Below are positions 20,718 to 29,496 of a stretch of 49,796 nt of DNA, piece by piece. Each line of letters starts with the position of its first letter. Position 1 is the stretch's first letter. The notes under the pieces were generated by a model. It made no database searches, was not told the origin of the DNA, and worked only from the letters and a program-made list of their open reading frames with translations. The DNA comes from Pseudomonas phage TC6. The translations under genes were made by a program, and so were the position numbers. Location: the sequence record MG676466.1; one strand, 5' to 3'.

Positions 20718-21077
20718 ATGTGGATTGTCGATGTAATAGGTGGACTAGCTGGGCTAGGTAAGACTTGGCTGGAAGGTAAGCAGAAGATTCAGGAAGCTCA
20801 GATTAATCAGCAAGTCACGCAGATTAATAATGATGCTAATTGGGACAACATCCAAGCAGAGGCTAGTAAGTCTAGTTGGAAAGATGAATGGCTCACCATT
20901 CTAATCTCTGTACCTATGGTTCTAGCGTTCATTCCTGGAGCGGATGGTATTGTGGAGGCTGGGTTTAAGAACCTGTCAGAATGTCCTGAGTGGTATCAAT
21001 ACCTCATTGGTGTAGTGTTTGCTGCTTCGTTTGGTATCAAGAAGGTGACTGATATCTTCGCTACGAGGAAGCGCTAA
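20718..21077 (+). CDS. putative holin / membrane protein
   Basis: Two predicted TM helices (ILISVPMVLAFIP and YLIGVVFAASFGI). Located next to the endolysin. Confidence 0.4.
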   Translation: MWIVDVIGGLAGLGKTWLEGKQKIQEAQINQQVTQINNDANWDNIQAEASKSSWKDEWLTILISVPMVLAFIPGADGIVEAGFKNLSECPEWYQYLIGVVFAASFGIKKVTDIFATRKR

Positions 21078-21355
21078 TGGCACTATTAGATAAAATTGGT
21101 ACTGGTGTTCAAACCGTAGTTACTGTAGGGAGTTTAGTGTTTGGCGGAGGGATACTGTACGCCGATGTTCAAGACATTAAACATGACGTTGCCAAAAGTG
21201 AGGGGCTTGTTGTTCAAACACAAGTGCTTGAAACTAAGCTAGAGAACGCTGAGAAGACACAAGCTGAAACCATTAGGGTACTTGGTAAGTTGTCTGATAG
21301 CGTAGATAGTCTGAGCAAGAACGTAGCCAGACTGGAAGGTAAGTTAGAGAGATAA
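21077..21355 (+). CDS. putative i-spanin-like membrane coiled-coil protein
   Basis: N-terminal TM segment (VVTVGSLVFGGGILY) followed by a coiled coil. It is the last plus-strand gene. Confidence 0.35.
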   Translation: MALLDKIGTGVQTVVTVGSLVFGGGILYADVQDIKHDVAKSEGLVVQTQVLETKLENAEKTQAETIRVLGKLSDSVDSLSKNVARLEGKLER

Positions 21356-21356
21356 A

Positions 21357-21392
21357 GAGCAGGGGCCAAAAAGGCCCCTTTTCTTTTACCAA
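21357..21392. terminator. bidirectional rho-independent terminator at convergence of the two modules
   Basis: Hairpin gcaggggcc-aaaaa-ggcccct flanked by T/A runs on both strands. Confidence 0.7.
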
Positions 21393-21398
21393 AAATTA

Positions 21399-21620
21399 TT
21401 AGCATTTATAAGTGATTGTTTGTGCAGGCAATTGCATGACTTTGCTCAAGTCCTTATAAGTAGGTGATACTTTAACCTCTGGGGTTACTTTATTGAAGAC
21501 AGTCTGAAGATGCTGTTCAATTACCTCCATAGTCTCTTGTGTAGCACCTAATCTATGATCTATAGTTCTCTTAAGTTCAAAGTACCCTTGCAACCAATAG
21601 CAAAACTGTTCGGGTGTCAT
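21399..21620 (-). CDS. hypothetical protein
   Basis: Start refined to MTPEQF with RBS GGAGGT. Preceded by conserved motif copy C. Confidence 0.45.
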   Translation of the reverse strand: MTPEQFCYWLQGYFELKRTIDHRLGATQETMEVIEQHLQTVFNKVTPEVKVSPTYKDLSKVMQLPAQTITYKC

Positions 21621-21625
21621 ATTAA

Positions 21626-21677
21626 CCTCCAAAAATTTTTCTAGCAGAAATTCACGTCATTGAGCATTGCATTATCC
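21626..21677 (-). promoter_or_regulatory. conserved promoter/leader element copy C
   Basis: Minus-sense sequence GGATAATGCAATGCTCAATG...TAGAAAAATTTTTGGAGGT shares its core with copies at 41401-41455, 45981-46035 and 1-48. Confidence 0.45.
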
Positions 21678-23363
21678 TTCACAAGCTACGCACTCCCCTT
21701 TACTTGCCTGCACTCCTGCTTTGGTTCGCATGTAGTAGAGGGACTTGATTTGCGGATTGAGTAGAGCTTCTTTATGGATTTGAGCAATGTAAGCCTCGCT
21801 TTCGTTAGCGTCAAAGAACAAGTTAATAGACTGAGCTTGACAGATGTAAGGTTGTCTAGCTGCTGCTAGTCTAACCAGAGCTGCTTGATCCACCTCATAA
21901 GCCGTCTTGAATACAGCCTTCTCTTTCGGACTAAGCCAATCAAGATGTTGTACACTACCCTCAGATTTGATTAAGTCTTTAACGAGTTCGTCAGTCCAAC
22001 CAACACGTTTCTTTGCCAGGTTAAGAAAGACAGGATTGACCCTGTAAATTTCCCCTGCGGAGGTTGGTTGATTGTACAGATTTGCAACCACCGGCTCAAT
22101 ACCTTGGGAGACGCCCCCACAGATAAGAGCAGAAGATGTGTTGGGGGCAATAGCAAGTAGATGAGTGTTCCTAACACCATAACCTTTACACCATTCAGGT
22201 TCACCCCAAGCTTTTGCCATCCACTTCGTAGCACGAGTGGCCTCCTCATGTAGATGTTGGAAGATTTCTAAGTTAATCATATGAGCCTCGAAAGACTCAA
22301 GTGGAATCATCTTAGCTTGCAGATAGGTGTGGAAACCAAGGGCTCCAAGCCCAAGAGCCCGGCTTGCCTCAGTGAATCTAACACTCTTTTCAAAACCCTT
22401 TTGTCCCTTGGCGAGTCGGATAAACTCTTGTGCAACGCAGTCAAGAAACACTGTAGACACGAACACTGCGTCTGTGTTTTTCCACTCATCATACTTCTCC
22501 AAATTCATGGACGACAGAACACAAGTGAATGTATGGTCTGCGTCACTAAACAATGTAATCTCAGTGCAAAGGTTAGAGGCTTTAACTTCAAGACCTCTGT
22601 CCTTATACATCTGAGGGTTCATGGCGTTAACTGTATCAGGCTTAAAGAAATAGCCCTTACCAGTGATGGCCTTAACATACATTGCCCTTTGGAAGCGTTG
22701 TACAGCGTCTGTGTCGCCAGCTTCTAGACGGTTGATGAAGTCTTGACTGATGTTCCAACCAATGTTTAGATCATCAGGGAAGTTCTTCAAGTAGTCTACG
22801 ATTTCGTAGAAGTCTCCGTGGTCAATAGGTAGATGCCCTGACCATGCTCCTCTCCGAGAAGTTCCTTGTGCAACATCTCGCATGTCTTGGACAAAATGCT
22901 TAAAGATTGGGAGAGTACCTGAAGCTTTTCCTCCGGTACTGATGACGCTTCCACGAGGTCTGATATCGCCGAGATAGCCCGACGTACCGAAGCCATTCTT
23001 TGTAAGCATAGCCGTTTCGTGGTAGGCTGAGTAGAATCCATCAATGCTGTCCTCAATATATTGACCAGAGCAGCTTACTGGCATACCTTTGATTGTACCC
23101 ATGTTACTAAGAACAGGAGTAGAGGCAGCAAGCCAGCCGCGCCAAAGAACATCAAAAAACTTAGAGGCCCACTTGTCAGGGTCGTCAGTGTGTCGTGCAG
23201 CAGTTTTAGCAATGCGCTCGTAGGTGTCTTTGAGTCCTCTTGCTTCCCACAAATATTTCTCTTTAAAGAGTTGGAACCCACCTGTGGTGAACCACTCTGG
23301 GTACAACCCCTCCTTTTGTAATTGTTTTCGCTCTTCTGACAGCTTCTCATAAATACTAGTCAA
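21672..23363 (-). CDS. nrdA: ribonucleotide reductase class I alpha subunit (no ATP-cone)
   Basis: NLCTEI active-site motif and C-terminal CxxC...C tail. The ORF-track start overlaps the upstream gene by 127 nt, so the true start is probably internal (a TTG near 23363). The start is uncertain. Confidence 0.8.
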   Translation of the reverse strand: MTSIYEKLSEERKQLQKEGLYPEWFTTGGFQLFKEKYLWEARGLKDTYERIAKTAARHTDDPDKWASKFFDVLWRGWLAASTPVLSNMGTIKGMPVSCSGQYIEDSIDGFYSAYHETAMLTKNGFGTSGYLGDIRPRGSVISTGGKASGTLPIFKHFVQDMRDVAQGTSRRGAWSGHLPIDHGDFYEIVDYLKNFPDDLNIGWNISQDFINRLEAGDTDAVQRFQRAMYVKAITGKGYFFKPDTVNAMNPQMYKDRGLEVKASNLCTEITLFSDADHTFTCVLSSMNLEKYDEWKNTDAVFVSTVFLDCVAQEFIRLAKGQKGFEKSVRFTEASRALGLGALGFHTYLQAKMIPLESFEAHMINLEIFQHLHEEATRATKWMAKAWGEPEWCKGYGVRNTHLLAIAPNTSSALICGGVSQGIEPVVANLYNQPTSAGEIYRVNPVFLNLAKKRVGWTDELVKDLIKSEGSVQHLDWLSPKEKAVFKTAYEVDQAALVRLAAARQPYICQAQSINLFFDANESEAYIAQIHKEALLNPQIKSLYYMRTKAGVQASKGECVACEG

Positions 23364-23916
23364 GTAATTTCCCCCATTGTTCAGCCATTGCCTCGGCAAT
23401 ACCTTTGTAAGTTTCGCTTCTAATCTTCCAACGATCTCCTGTTGGCGGCAACTTCCAGATTCTCTGTTCCCTTCCCTCAACAATATTCGTGGGCACTAAG
23501 TCTGGTAAGCCTCTCTTCCACAACCCAGTTTTCTTTGTCTCCCCATGACCAAACATCCATGGTTGGATATATTGCGGTTTGGGTAGGTTAAGGTAACTAT
23601 TTATCACCCCCACAGGATTCTCAAGACATAGTTTCTCGACAGGAATATTCCAAACTCTTTCTATGAAAGCAAGACCATCCAACCTGGCCTTAGTCCCCGA
23701 GTAATGCCTGTTTCCCGAAACACATACAGCAGTGCAGGGTGGGTGTGCGATAACTAGGTCAAATTTAGAGAAGTCCAACTCAAACATGTCTCCTTGGTAG
23801 TGTGGCCCCTCCCTATCTGTTGGTAGCAGATCACATGACATTGCATCATGGCCGGCTTTAATGAATGCATCTCTAACTGCACCGGAGTATTCACATGCCA
23901 CTAAAACTCTGCCCAT
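23356..23916 (-). CDS. C5-cytosine methyltransferase-like minimal protein (PPC and ENP motifs)
   Basis: Motif I-like VLVACEYSGAVRDAF, motif IV-like HPPCTAVCVSG and motif VI-like LCLENPVG. Only 186 aa with no target-recognition domain. Lies between nrdB and nrdA. Confidence 0.4.
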   Translation of the reverse strand: MGRVLVACEYSGAVRDAFIKAGHDAMSCDLLPTDREGPHYQGDMFELDFSKFDLVIAHPPCTAVCVSGNRHYSGTKARLDGLAFIERVWNIPVEKLCLENPVGVINSYLNLPKPQYIQPWMFGHGETKKTGLWKRGLPDLVPTNIVEGREQRIWKLPPTGDRWKIRSETYKGIAEAMAEQWGKLLD

Positions 23917-23919
23917 ACA

Positions 23920-24888
23920 TCACCAATTAAATCCTTTCTCATCCCAGGAACGATTGTAACTGTTACCAATGCCGCTAAAGAAGTCATGGAACATGACGCC
24001 ATTGATACCATCATAGAACCACTCTGCAACAATATTGTTACTCACTTCAAAGACAGGATCAATACCAAGCTGAGCAAGACAGATGTTGACACGAGACTTA
24101 ACGAAGGTTTTCATTTGTTCAGCAGTGATGCCTTCCATTTCACCCTTCTCAAAAATCATATCAACAATACGGAACTCATGCTCTGCAATAGTCCTGGCAC
24201 AGTTAGCCAAATCATACTCAAGGTTTGGGTTAATGTATCCACCCTCAGCTTTAATCTCTTGCTTCAAAGTATTGAACAACCAAGCCCCACCTTCACAGTG
24301 TAGGTTCTCATCACGTACAGAGAAGTTAATGCCCCTCACTACGTTCATCAGTTTGTTCTTACCCTTAGCTTGGAAGTGCTTAAGGAAAGCAAAGCTTGAG
24401 TACAGAACAGCACCCTCTACCATAGAGAACGCCCCTAGGCTGTACAGTGGGTCATCTTTCTCAACCAGACTGTCAACAAACTCCATACGTTCTTTCAGAA
24501 TGGGATCATTAACATAAGCAAGATAAAACTCGTCCGTGTTGAGCATAAGCGCTTCATTAATCTTATTGTAGAACGGAGCGTGAACATTAAGTTCAAAGAA
24601 CCCAAAAGTAGCTGCCATCCTCTCAATATCAGGACGAGGGAAAGTTTTGAGGACACGACCAAGCCAATAGTCACGACCAGCCACCAGCTCGTATAGAGTA
24701 AAGAGACGAAGTGTTGTAATGACTCCATGTGCCTCCGCCTCTGTCATGTTTACACGAATGTCTTGAATGTCTTTTTCTACGTTAATCTCATCGTCAGTCC
24801 AGAAGATAGATGACTGTACCTTAGCAAACTGAATGGCTTCAGGATAGTCAAAGGTATAACTATACTTAGGCTCAAGCAGTCTGGGCAT
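23920..24888 (-). CDS. nrdB: ribonucleotide reductase class I beta subunit
   Basis: Ferritin-like di-iron motifs (EGAVLYSSFAFL, ENLHCEGG). Confidence 0.85.
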   Translation of the reverse strand: MPRLLEPKYSYTFDYPEAIQFAKVQSSIFWTDDEINVEKDIQDIRVNMTEAEAHGVITTLRLFTLYELVAGRDYWLGRVLKTFPRPDIERMAATFGFFELNVHAPFYNKINEALMLNTDEFYLAYVNDPILKERMEFVDSLVEKDDPLYSLGAFSMVEGAVLYSSFAFLKHFQAKGKNKLMNVVRGINFSVRDENLHCEGGAWLFNTLKQEIKAEGGYINPNLEYDLANCARTIAEHEFRIVDMIFEKGEMEGITAEQMKTFVKSRVNICLAQLGIDPVFEVSNNIVAEWFYDGINGVMFHDFFSGIGNSYNRSWDEKGFNW

Positions 24889-25120
24889 TACTTACCTCTT
24901 TCATCTTAACTAGAATATTATGTACGCCTGTTACAAGCTCAGGCTTCTCATCAGTGAACACTACTAGAGTAGGTATACCTCTGATACCAAACTCTCTTGC
25001 AGCCGCAGGGTCTTTGTCAATGTCAATAACCTCTACTTGATATTCGTTACGACCAATACATTCTTTGATTACGCCACATGGTCCACACCAATTAGCGCTC
25101 AACAGTGTCATCTTCTTCAT
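24872..25120 (-). CDS. thioredoxin
   Basis: WCGPC active site. 82 aa. Confidence 0.85.
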   Translation of the reverse strand: MKKMTLLSANWCGPCGVIKECIGRNEYQVEVIDIDKDPAAAREFGIRGIPTLVVFTDEKPELVTGVHNILVKMKEVSNAQTA

Positions 25121-25247
25121 TCTTTTCCTCTTGTTGGAAGACCATTAGCATAGGCATATAGCCTAGGCGAGCAAGCCCTAGCAGGATTAGGGCTGCGAAT
25201 AAGCCTGTTACGAAACACTCAAGTAGTGCATTAAATGCTGCGATCAT
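25092..25247 (-). CDS. small membrane protein
   Basis: Hydrophobic MIAAFNALLECFVTGLFAALILLGLARLG segment with an acidic tail. Start refined to the internal Met. Confidence 0.3.
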   Translation of the reverse strand: MIAAFNALLECFVTGLFAALILLGLARLGYMPMLMVFQQEEKNEEDDTVER

Positions 25248-25878
25248 GTTCTTCTTCCTCAAAAGCTTGGATGAACATCTTGCAAGTTTCACTACGAAGA
25301 ACATCATCTACAGTGAAGTGAATAGTATGGACAGGCAAGTTATATCTACCGACCATATCAATAAATCTCGCAAGTCCAGAGTTTTTAAATAGCGGAGAAG
25401 TTTGAGCAATGTCCCCACACAATACAAGTTTACTGTACTCACCTACACGAGTGACCAACACTTTAATCTGCTCGAAGGACATGTTCTGACATTCATCTAC
25501 AATGATGAGAGAGTCATCCCAGGTAAGCCCTTGGATATGTTCAAGCATGTAGTATTGAAGACGATGGTTTTTCTCAAGGTCTTCTTGGTGTCGGATGCCA
25601 ATACCATGCTCAATAAAGTTTTGTTGTAGGGGCCTAATCCAAGGCTCCAACTTCTCTCGCTCAGTGCCAGGCAGAAACCCGTTAGTCTCAGCGAAGGAGA
25701 CGTTGGGTCTAGCAATCACTACACGGCTCTTACGGTTAGTTTCTAGCCACGATACAGCTCGACCAATAGCACCATATGTCTTACCGGTCCCAGCGCTTCC
25801 ATACGCCACTACAGGCATGTTCTTGCGGTCATGCAGGGCAAGGTCATACAGTTCATGCATTTTAGTTGGTTTAAGCAT
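25231..25878 (-). CDS. phoH: PhoH-like ATPase
   Basis: Walker A motif GSAGTGKT. Start refined to MLKPTKMHELYD, which overlaps the ThyX stop by 8 nt. Confidence 0.85.
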   Translation of the reverse strand: MLKPTKMHELYDLALHDRKNMPVVAYGSAGTGKTYGAIGRAVSWLETNRKSRVVIARPNVSFAETNGFLPGTEREKLEPWIRPLQQNFIEHGIGIRHQEDLEKNHRLQYYMLEHIQGLTWDDSLIIVDECQNMSFEQIKVLVTRVGEYSKLVLCGDIAQTSPLFKNSGLARFIDMVGRYNLPVHTIHFTVDDVLRSETCKMFIQAFEEEEHDRSI

Positions 25879-26512
25879 TTTTAAGGGCCTTCCAAGAATG
25901 TGGGAAAATGGGTTGAACAACTTCTTCCAACTTCTGTGCAAACTCTTGAGCTTCTTTCTGAGCGTGGCTATCAATACGTAGACGCCATGCATGGAAGAAG
26001 GCAGTCAGACTTCCAGTCCAAATCCAATCAACCATCATGCTTTGAGGCAACACCATACGAGCTTGTTCTGTCGCTACATTGCAAGCAAGCATGTTTTCAT
26101 AAGTAGCCAGTGAATGCTTTATATACTCAGAATAGATTGACTTAAACATGTCATTATCTTCTACGACACCGCCACTACCTTGTTTTACGGAACCATCAGG
26201 GCGACTACGCCAATTATCAGGAACAAAGAATTCAATACCAGCATCGACGTAGCGACGTGATACCTCGTTCCAAGAGAGTCCAACTTGGTGCTTGCCGAGT
26301 TGCCTAGCAAGAAAGACCGGAGCTTTACAACTAAGGGTAATTGCTGTATGGCGGAAAGGACTAGAATGTTCATGACGAGCAAGGTAATTAATAAGACCAA
26401 CATCACCCTCGTCTAACTCTTCTTTCCATTTGTTGAAAGACACGCGGGCAGCATTAGCCACCCGCAAGTCATCTCCCATACTATCCACTAGTTCTACTTT
26501 GATTTCAGCCAC
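25871..26512 (-). CDS. thyX: flavin-dependent thymidylate synthase ThyX
   Basis: ThyX-like RHxxxS region (ARHEHSSPFRH) with family-typical length and composition. Confidence 0.75.
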   Translation of the reverse strand: MAEIKVELVDSMGDDLRVANAARVSFNKWKEELDEGDVGLINYLARHEHSSPFRHTAITLSCKAPVFLARQLGKHQVGLSWNEVSRRYVDAGIEFFVPDNWRSRPDGSVKQGSGGVVEDNDMFKSIYSEYIKHSLATYENMLACNVATEQARMVLPQSMMVDWIWTGSLTAFFHAWRLRIDSHAQKEAQEFAQKLEEVVQPIFPHSWKALKNA

Positions 26513-26732
26513 CGTACTTAAGCTCCTTGATAAGTTGAAGGTAATGTATAGCTTTATTAATGTCTTCTACACCGTTCTTACTTTCGTGTCTCGTAACATA
26601 TTTAATAACGTTACCTTCTAGATAGCCAATATTGTTGGCATGAATGTATTCAATAGGTTGAATTTTTAAGGTCTTATAATGAGCCCCACCTTCTTGGTTA
26701 TTAAGAGCTGAGTTATCCATATCACACCGCAT
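26505..26732 (-). CDS. DUF3310-family phage protein
   Basis: HY..L.IQPIEYI....GYLEGNVIKYV.R...KNG.EDI.KA.HYL pattern. Start refined to an internal Met to avoid overlapping the exonuclease gene. Confidence 0.5.
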   Translation of the reverse strand: MRCDMDNSALNNQEGGAHYKTLKIQPIEYIHANNIGYLEGNVIKYVTRHESKNGVEDINKAIHYLQLIKELKYGG

Positions 26733-27489
26733 TGACGAGAAGGGCTTTACGTTTTTCTTTTGGATAGACGCTGAACCTAGACCGCGACCATCCTCCACAG
26801 TCTGAGCAACGATATCGTTGATACTTGCCAACTGAAGTTGTGGTATAACCCCGGCTGACAAGATGCTTTGAACCACATTTAGGGCAGGTATGGGCAGCAT
26901 TCTCTTCTAGTACTCCTACATTAGAGTGATTACGAATCCAAGGCCTCATCTTAAGATATACTTCTTCGAGAGTTAGAACGTCTTGAATGTTATATTCCTT
27001 CATTTCAGCCCAAGCTTCATCGTTCTGTCGAAGACACTCAAGCCACAACTCAAACCCTGGGAACTTAGCATGGCCTCCTTTAGGGGCACAACCAAGAACT
27101 TGAGCCAAATACTCAAGATTGTTACGCTCAAATTTAAACTCCTTGTGCGCTACCTTAAGGGTATCAATGGTTTTGTATGGAGAGGGTGGTTTAAGGCCAT
27201 GCACAAGGGCACGGCCATTAATAGTAGGCAAGTCGAACTTATCGCCGTTGTGGGCAATGATAATGTCCGCATCATCCAGTACGCTAATCAGTTCTTGAGT
27301 GATGAGCCTGTCATCACCTTTTCTGTTTTCTACATAAATGATGTTGTCATCGCCAAGCTTCTTAGCTGCAAAGGACATAATATGACCATGATCAAGAACC
27401 TGTTTAGCTCCAATCATTTCCTTGAAGAAGCGCCAGACGTAAGCTACTTTAGGTGCTGTCTCAATATCAATGATGTAGATATTAGGCAT
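26722..27489 (-). CDS. DnaQ-like (DEDDh) 3'-5' exonuclease with C-terminal zinc ribbon
   Basis: Exo I motif IIDIETAP, Exo II-like IIAHNGDKFD and C-terminal CPKCGS...CSDCGG. Confidence 0.6.
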   Translation of the reverse strand: MPNIYIIDIETAPKVAYVWRFFKEMIGAKQVLDHGHIMSFAAKKLGDDNIIYVENRKGDDRLITQELISVLDDADIIIAHNGDKFDLPTINGRALVHGLKPPSPYKTIDTLKVAHKEFKFERNNLEYLAQVLGCAPKGGHAKFPGFELWLECLRQNDEAWAEMKEYNIQDVLTLEEVYLKMRPWIRNHSNVGVLEENAAHTCPKCGSKHLVSRGYTTTSVGKYQRYRCSDCGGWSRSRFSVYPKEKRKALLVNAV

Positions 27490-27667
27490 TAATATTGCCC
27501 TCTACCTTAGAGTATTCTCCCTTGATTACTTTCTGTTTAGTCTTTTCATAACCTTGAGCAGCGACAACATTAAGCATAGCGTACACTTGTTTCTTACTAA
27601 CATCATCAAGCTTTTCCATATACTGACGGGCTACTTCCACACCACGATCAGCCGTTAGATTAAACAT
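27482..27667 (-). CDS. hypothetical protein (start uncertain)
   Basis: The ORF extends to 27850 but overlaps the HNH gene. An internal Met or a GTG start is likely. Confidence 0.3.
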   Translation of the reverse strand: MFNLTADRGVEVARQYMEKLDDVSKKQVYAMLNVVAAQGYEKTKQKVIKGEYSKVEGNINA

Positions 27668-27737
27668 CACAGCAGCACGATTCCATGTACGCAGGGCCGG
27701 GTCTTGTACATCATTAAACAGACTGTTACCTTTAAAA

Positions 27738-28181
27738 CTATTCTTCACTATTCTTTTCCTTTTGGCGTCGTTCTTTAGTAATGTCAATTTCTTCTTGACA
27801 CTTAATACTGTGACATTTCCTACAAAGAAGTTGTAGGTTACTTGAGTCACAAAACATGCGGTCGATTGTGCTGTCCCAACTTACCCACCCCACCGCTGGG
27901 TCAATAATTGGTTCGATGTGATCTACGAAGATGTTGGTTACGCGTTTACGTTTATCTTCGTCATATACGGTTGGAGGTACATGCTCTTTACATTCAGCAC
28001 ACTCGTAAAGACCTCTAGAGACATTAGCATTTTTCTTACACTTCTGAATAGGAGCCCACTTTCTGGACGTACCTCTTAGGTTATTCTTAATGAATGATCG
28101 AAACTTTGCTTCTGTCCACTGACCGTCACATCTAGTTTTATCTCCGCTTGGTCTTCCTGCCATCAATTTACCTCTGGCCAC
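27738..28181 (-). CDS. HNH endonuclease
   Basis: VDHIEPI...LQLLCRKCHSIK HNH motif with Cys pairs. Confidence 0.75.
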   Translation of the reverse strand: MARGKLMAGRPSGDKTRCDGQWTEAKFRSFIKNNLRGTSRKWAPIQKCKKNANVSRGLYECAECKEHVPPTVYDEDKRKRVTNIFVDHIEPIIDPAVGWVSWDSTIDRMFCDSSNLQLLCRKCHSIKCQEEIDITKERRQKEKNSEE

Positions 28182-29044
28182 TTATACATTACAGGAGAGC
28201 CGTCTTCATTAAGCTCTCTTACCATCCAGAGCAAGTCAGCTTGCTCCCTCATTTCTGCTTCCCAGTTGTCCCCATACTTATTTTTGTATAGTGCTCCCAC
28301 TCTCTCAAACAACTCAACTTCGCTTTCGGCGTCATGAACGGATTCGAAAGCAGTGACAGGACCACCTCCTGGTACTCCGGGGATATTGTCTGTAGAATCT
28401 CCTGTGACAAGTTGGGAATAGAAGAATTTAAGTCCATTGCCAATTATCTTTTTCTTATCCTTGGTAATTCTAATCTCACCCAGCTCAGTGACACGAGCTG
28501 GACCATATTGCACTTGACGACCACACTCCCATCCAAAGTGCATACCTGGGGTGATCCGTAAGTCTTTATCTCGGGTACAAATGATAGTGTCTAGATGACC
28601 ATCCTTTACCCTACTCCATTGCTTGATGGACATTAGATCGTCAGCTTCCATACCGAAAGCCATTTCACATTCATAGTTAGCCAATAGATAGACTAACAAA
28701 TTGTCATAGTGAAAAGGCTTCTCAGGGTTACGGCCTGCTTTATATTCCTTTTTCTTAGCTATGCTTCCTCTAAAGTTAGGAACATATTCGACAAGCGGCT
28801 TTCCTTCAGATTTACGTTGCCTATTGACTTTCTTGTGGATGCGACGATTGTTGGTGATAAAGATAGTTGGCTCTTCAGTAGCCCACACTTCGGCACAAAT
28901 TTCTTTGATCTTTTGATCGATAAGATTGCCAGCAAACTCAAAGTCGCGAATGATTTTCTCACCGTTCTCATCAATATACTCCGCACTGTTTCCAATTTCG
29001 TATAGAAGAATGTCACCATCAATTAGAGGTTTCATTCTTCTCAC
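28163..29044 (-). CDS. 5'-3' exonuclease / flap endonuclease (T7 gp6-like)
   Basis: H3TH motif VTGDSTDNIPGVPGGGPVTAFE and acidic PIN-like N-terminal region (GMEADDLM). Confidence 0.8.
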   Translation of the reverse strand: MRRMKPLIDGDILLYEIGNSAEYIDENGEKIIRDFEFAGNLIDQKIKEICAEVWATEEPTIFITNNRRIHKKVNRQRKSEGKPLVEYVPNFRGSIAKKKEYKAGRNPEKPFHYDNLLVYLLANYECEMAFGMEADDLMSIKQWSRVKDGHLDTIICTRDKDLRITPGMHFGWECGRQVQYGPARVTELGEIRITKDKKKIIGNGLKFFYSQLVTGDSTDNIPGVPGGGPVTAFESVHDAESEVELFERVGALYKNKYGDNWEAEMREQADLLWMVRELNEDGSPVMYKWPEVN

Positions 29045-29330
29045 CGAAATCTTGTTTCATCTTCTCTGCAAACTTCTGTTGTTTAGCTTCAGAGACAGGC
29101 TTACAACGCTTTCCATCAATAAGGAAAGGTTTACGATCCGCCAAGATGTGTCCATCTTCCATGAACGCAGCTACGAACAACCGACGAAGTTGGTAAGGGT
29201 CTTTCTCGCTAACAGCTACAATACTGTCGCCAGCAATGTAGATGAAGTCACCCTTCTTGACGCCATGTTCAACAAAGCTGCTATCCAAGACCTCTACGAA
29301 GTCACCAACGTTAACAATTTTCTTACTCAT
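29019..29330 (-). CDS. hypothetical protein
   Basis: Start refined to MSKKIV. Translationally coupled to the upstream small ORF (ATGAGTAA). Confidence 0.4.
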   Translation of the reverse strand: MSKKIVNVGDFVEVLDSSFVEHGVKKGDFIYIAGDSIVAVSEKDPYQLRRLFVAAFMEDGHILADRKPFLIDGKRCKPVSEAKQQKFAEKMKQDFGEKNETSN

Positions 29331-29496
29331 CCAATGCCTCAATACATGCGTTAATTTCATCTACAGTGAGATTGTAGTCTAGGTGATTGTCTAGATCAAT
29401 CTTCTTATGAGGACTAGCCAGCCTCGCAAGACTGGCATTATCCTCTACTGCCCATTCGTACAACCAATAACCATCAGGCCATACATAGATTACCAT
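29323..29496 (-). CDS. small hypothetical protein (57 aa, not in ORF track)
   Basis: Its ATG lies inside CCATGGTAA, overlapping the SSB stop, and its TAA overlaps the next ATG. The ORF reads MVIYVWPDGYWLYEWAVEDNASLARLASPHKKIDLDNHLDYNLTVDEINACIEALDE. Confidence 0.35.
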   Translation of the reverse strand: MVIYVWPDGYWLYEWAVEDNASLARLASPHKKIDLDNHLDYNLTVDEINACIEALDE

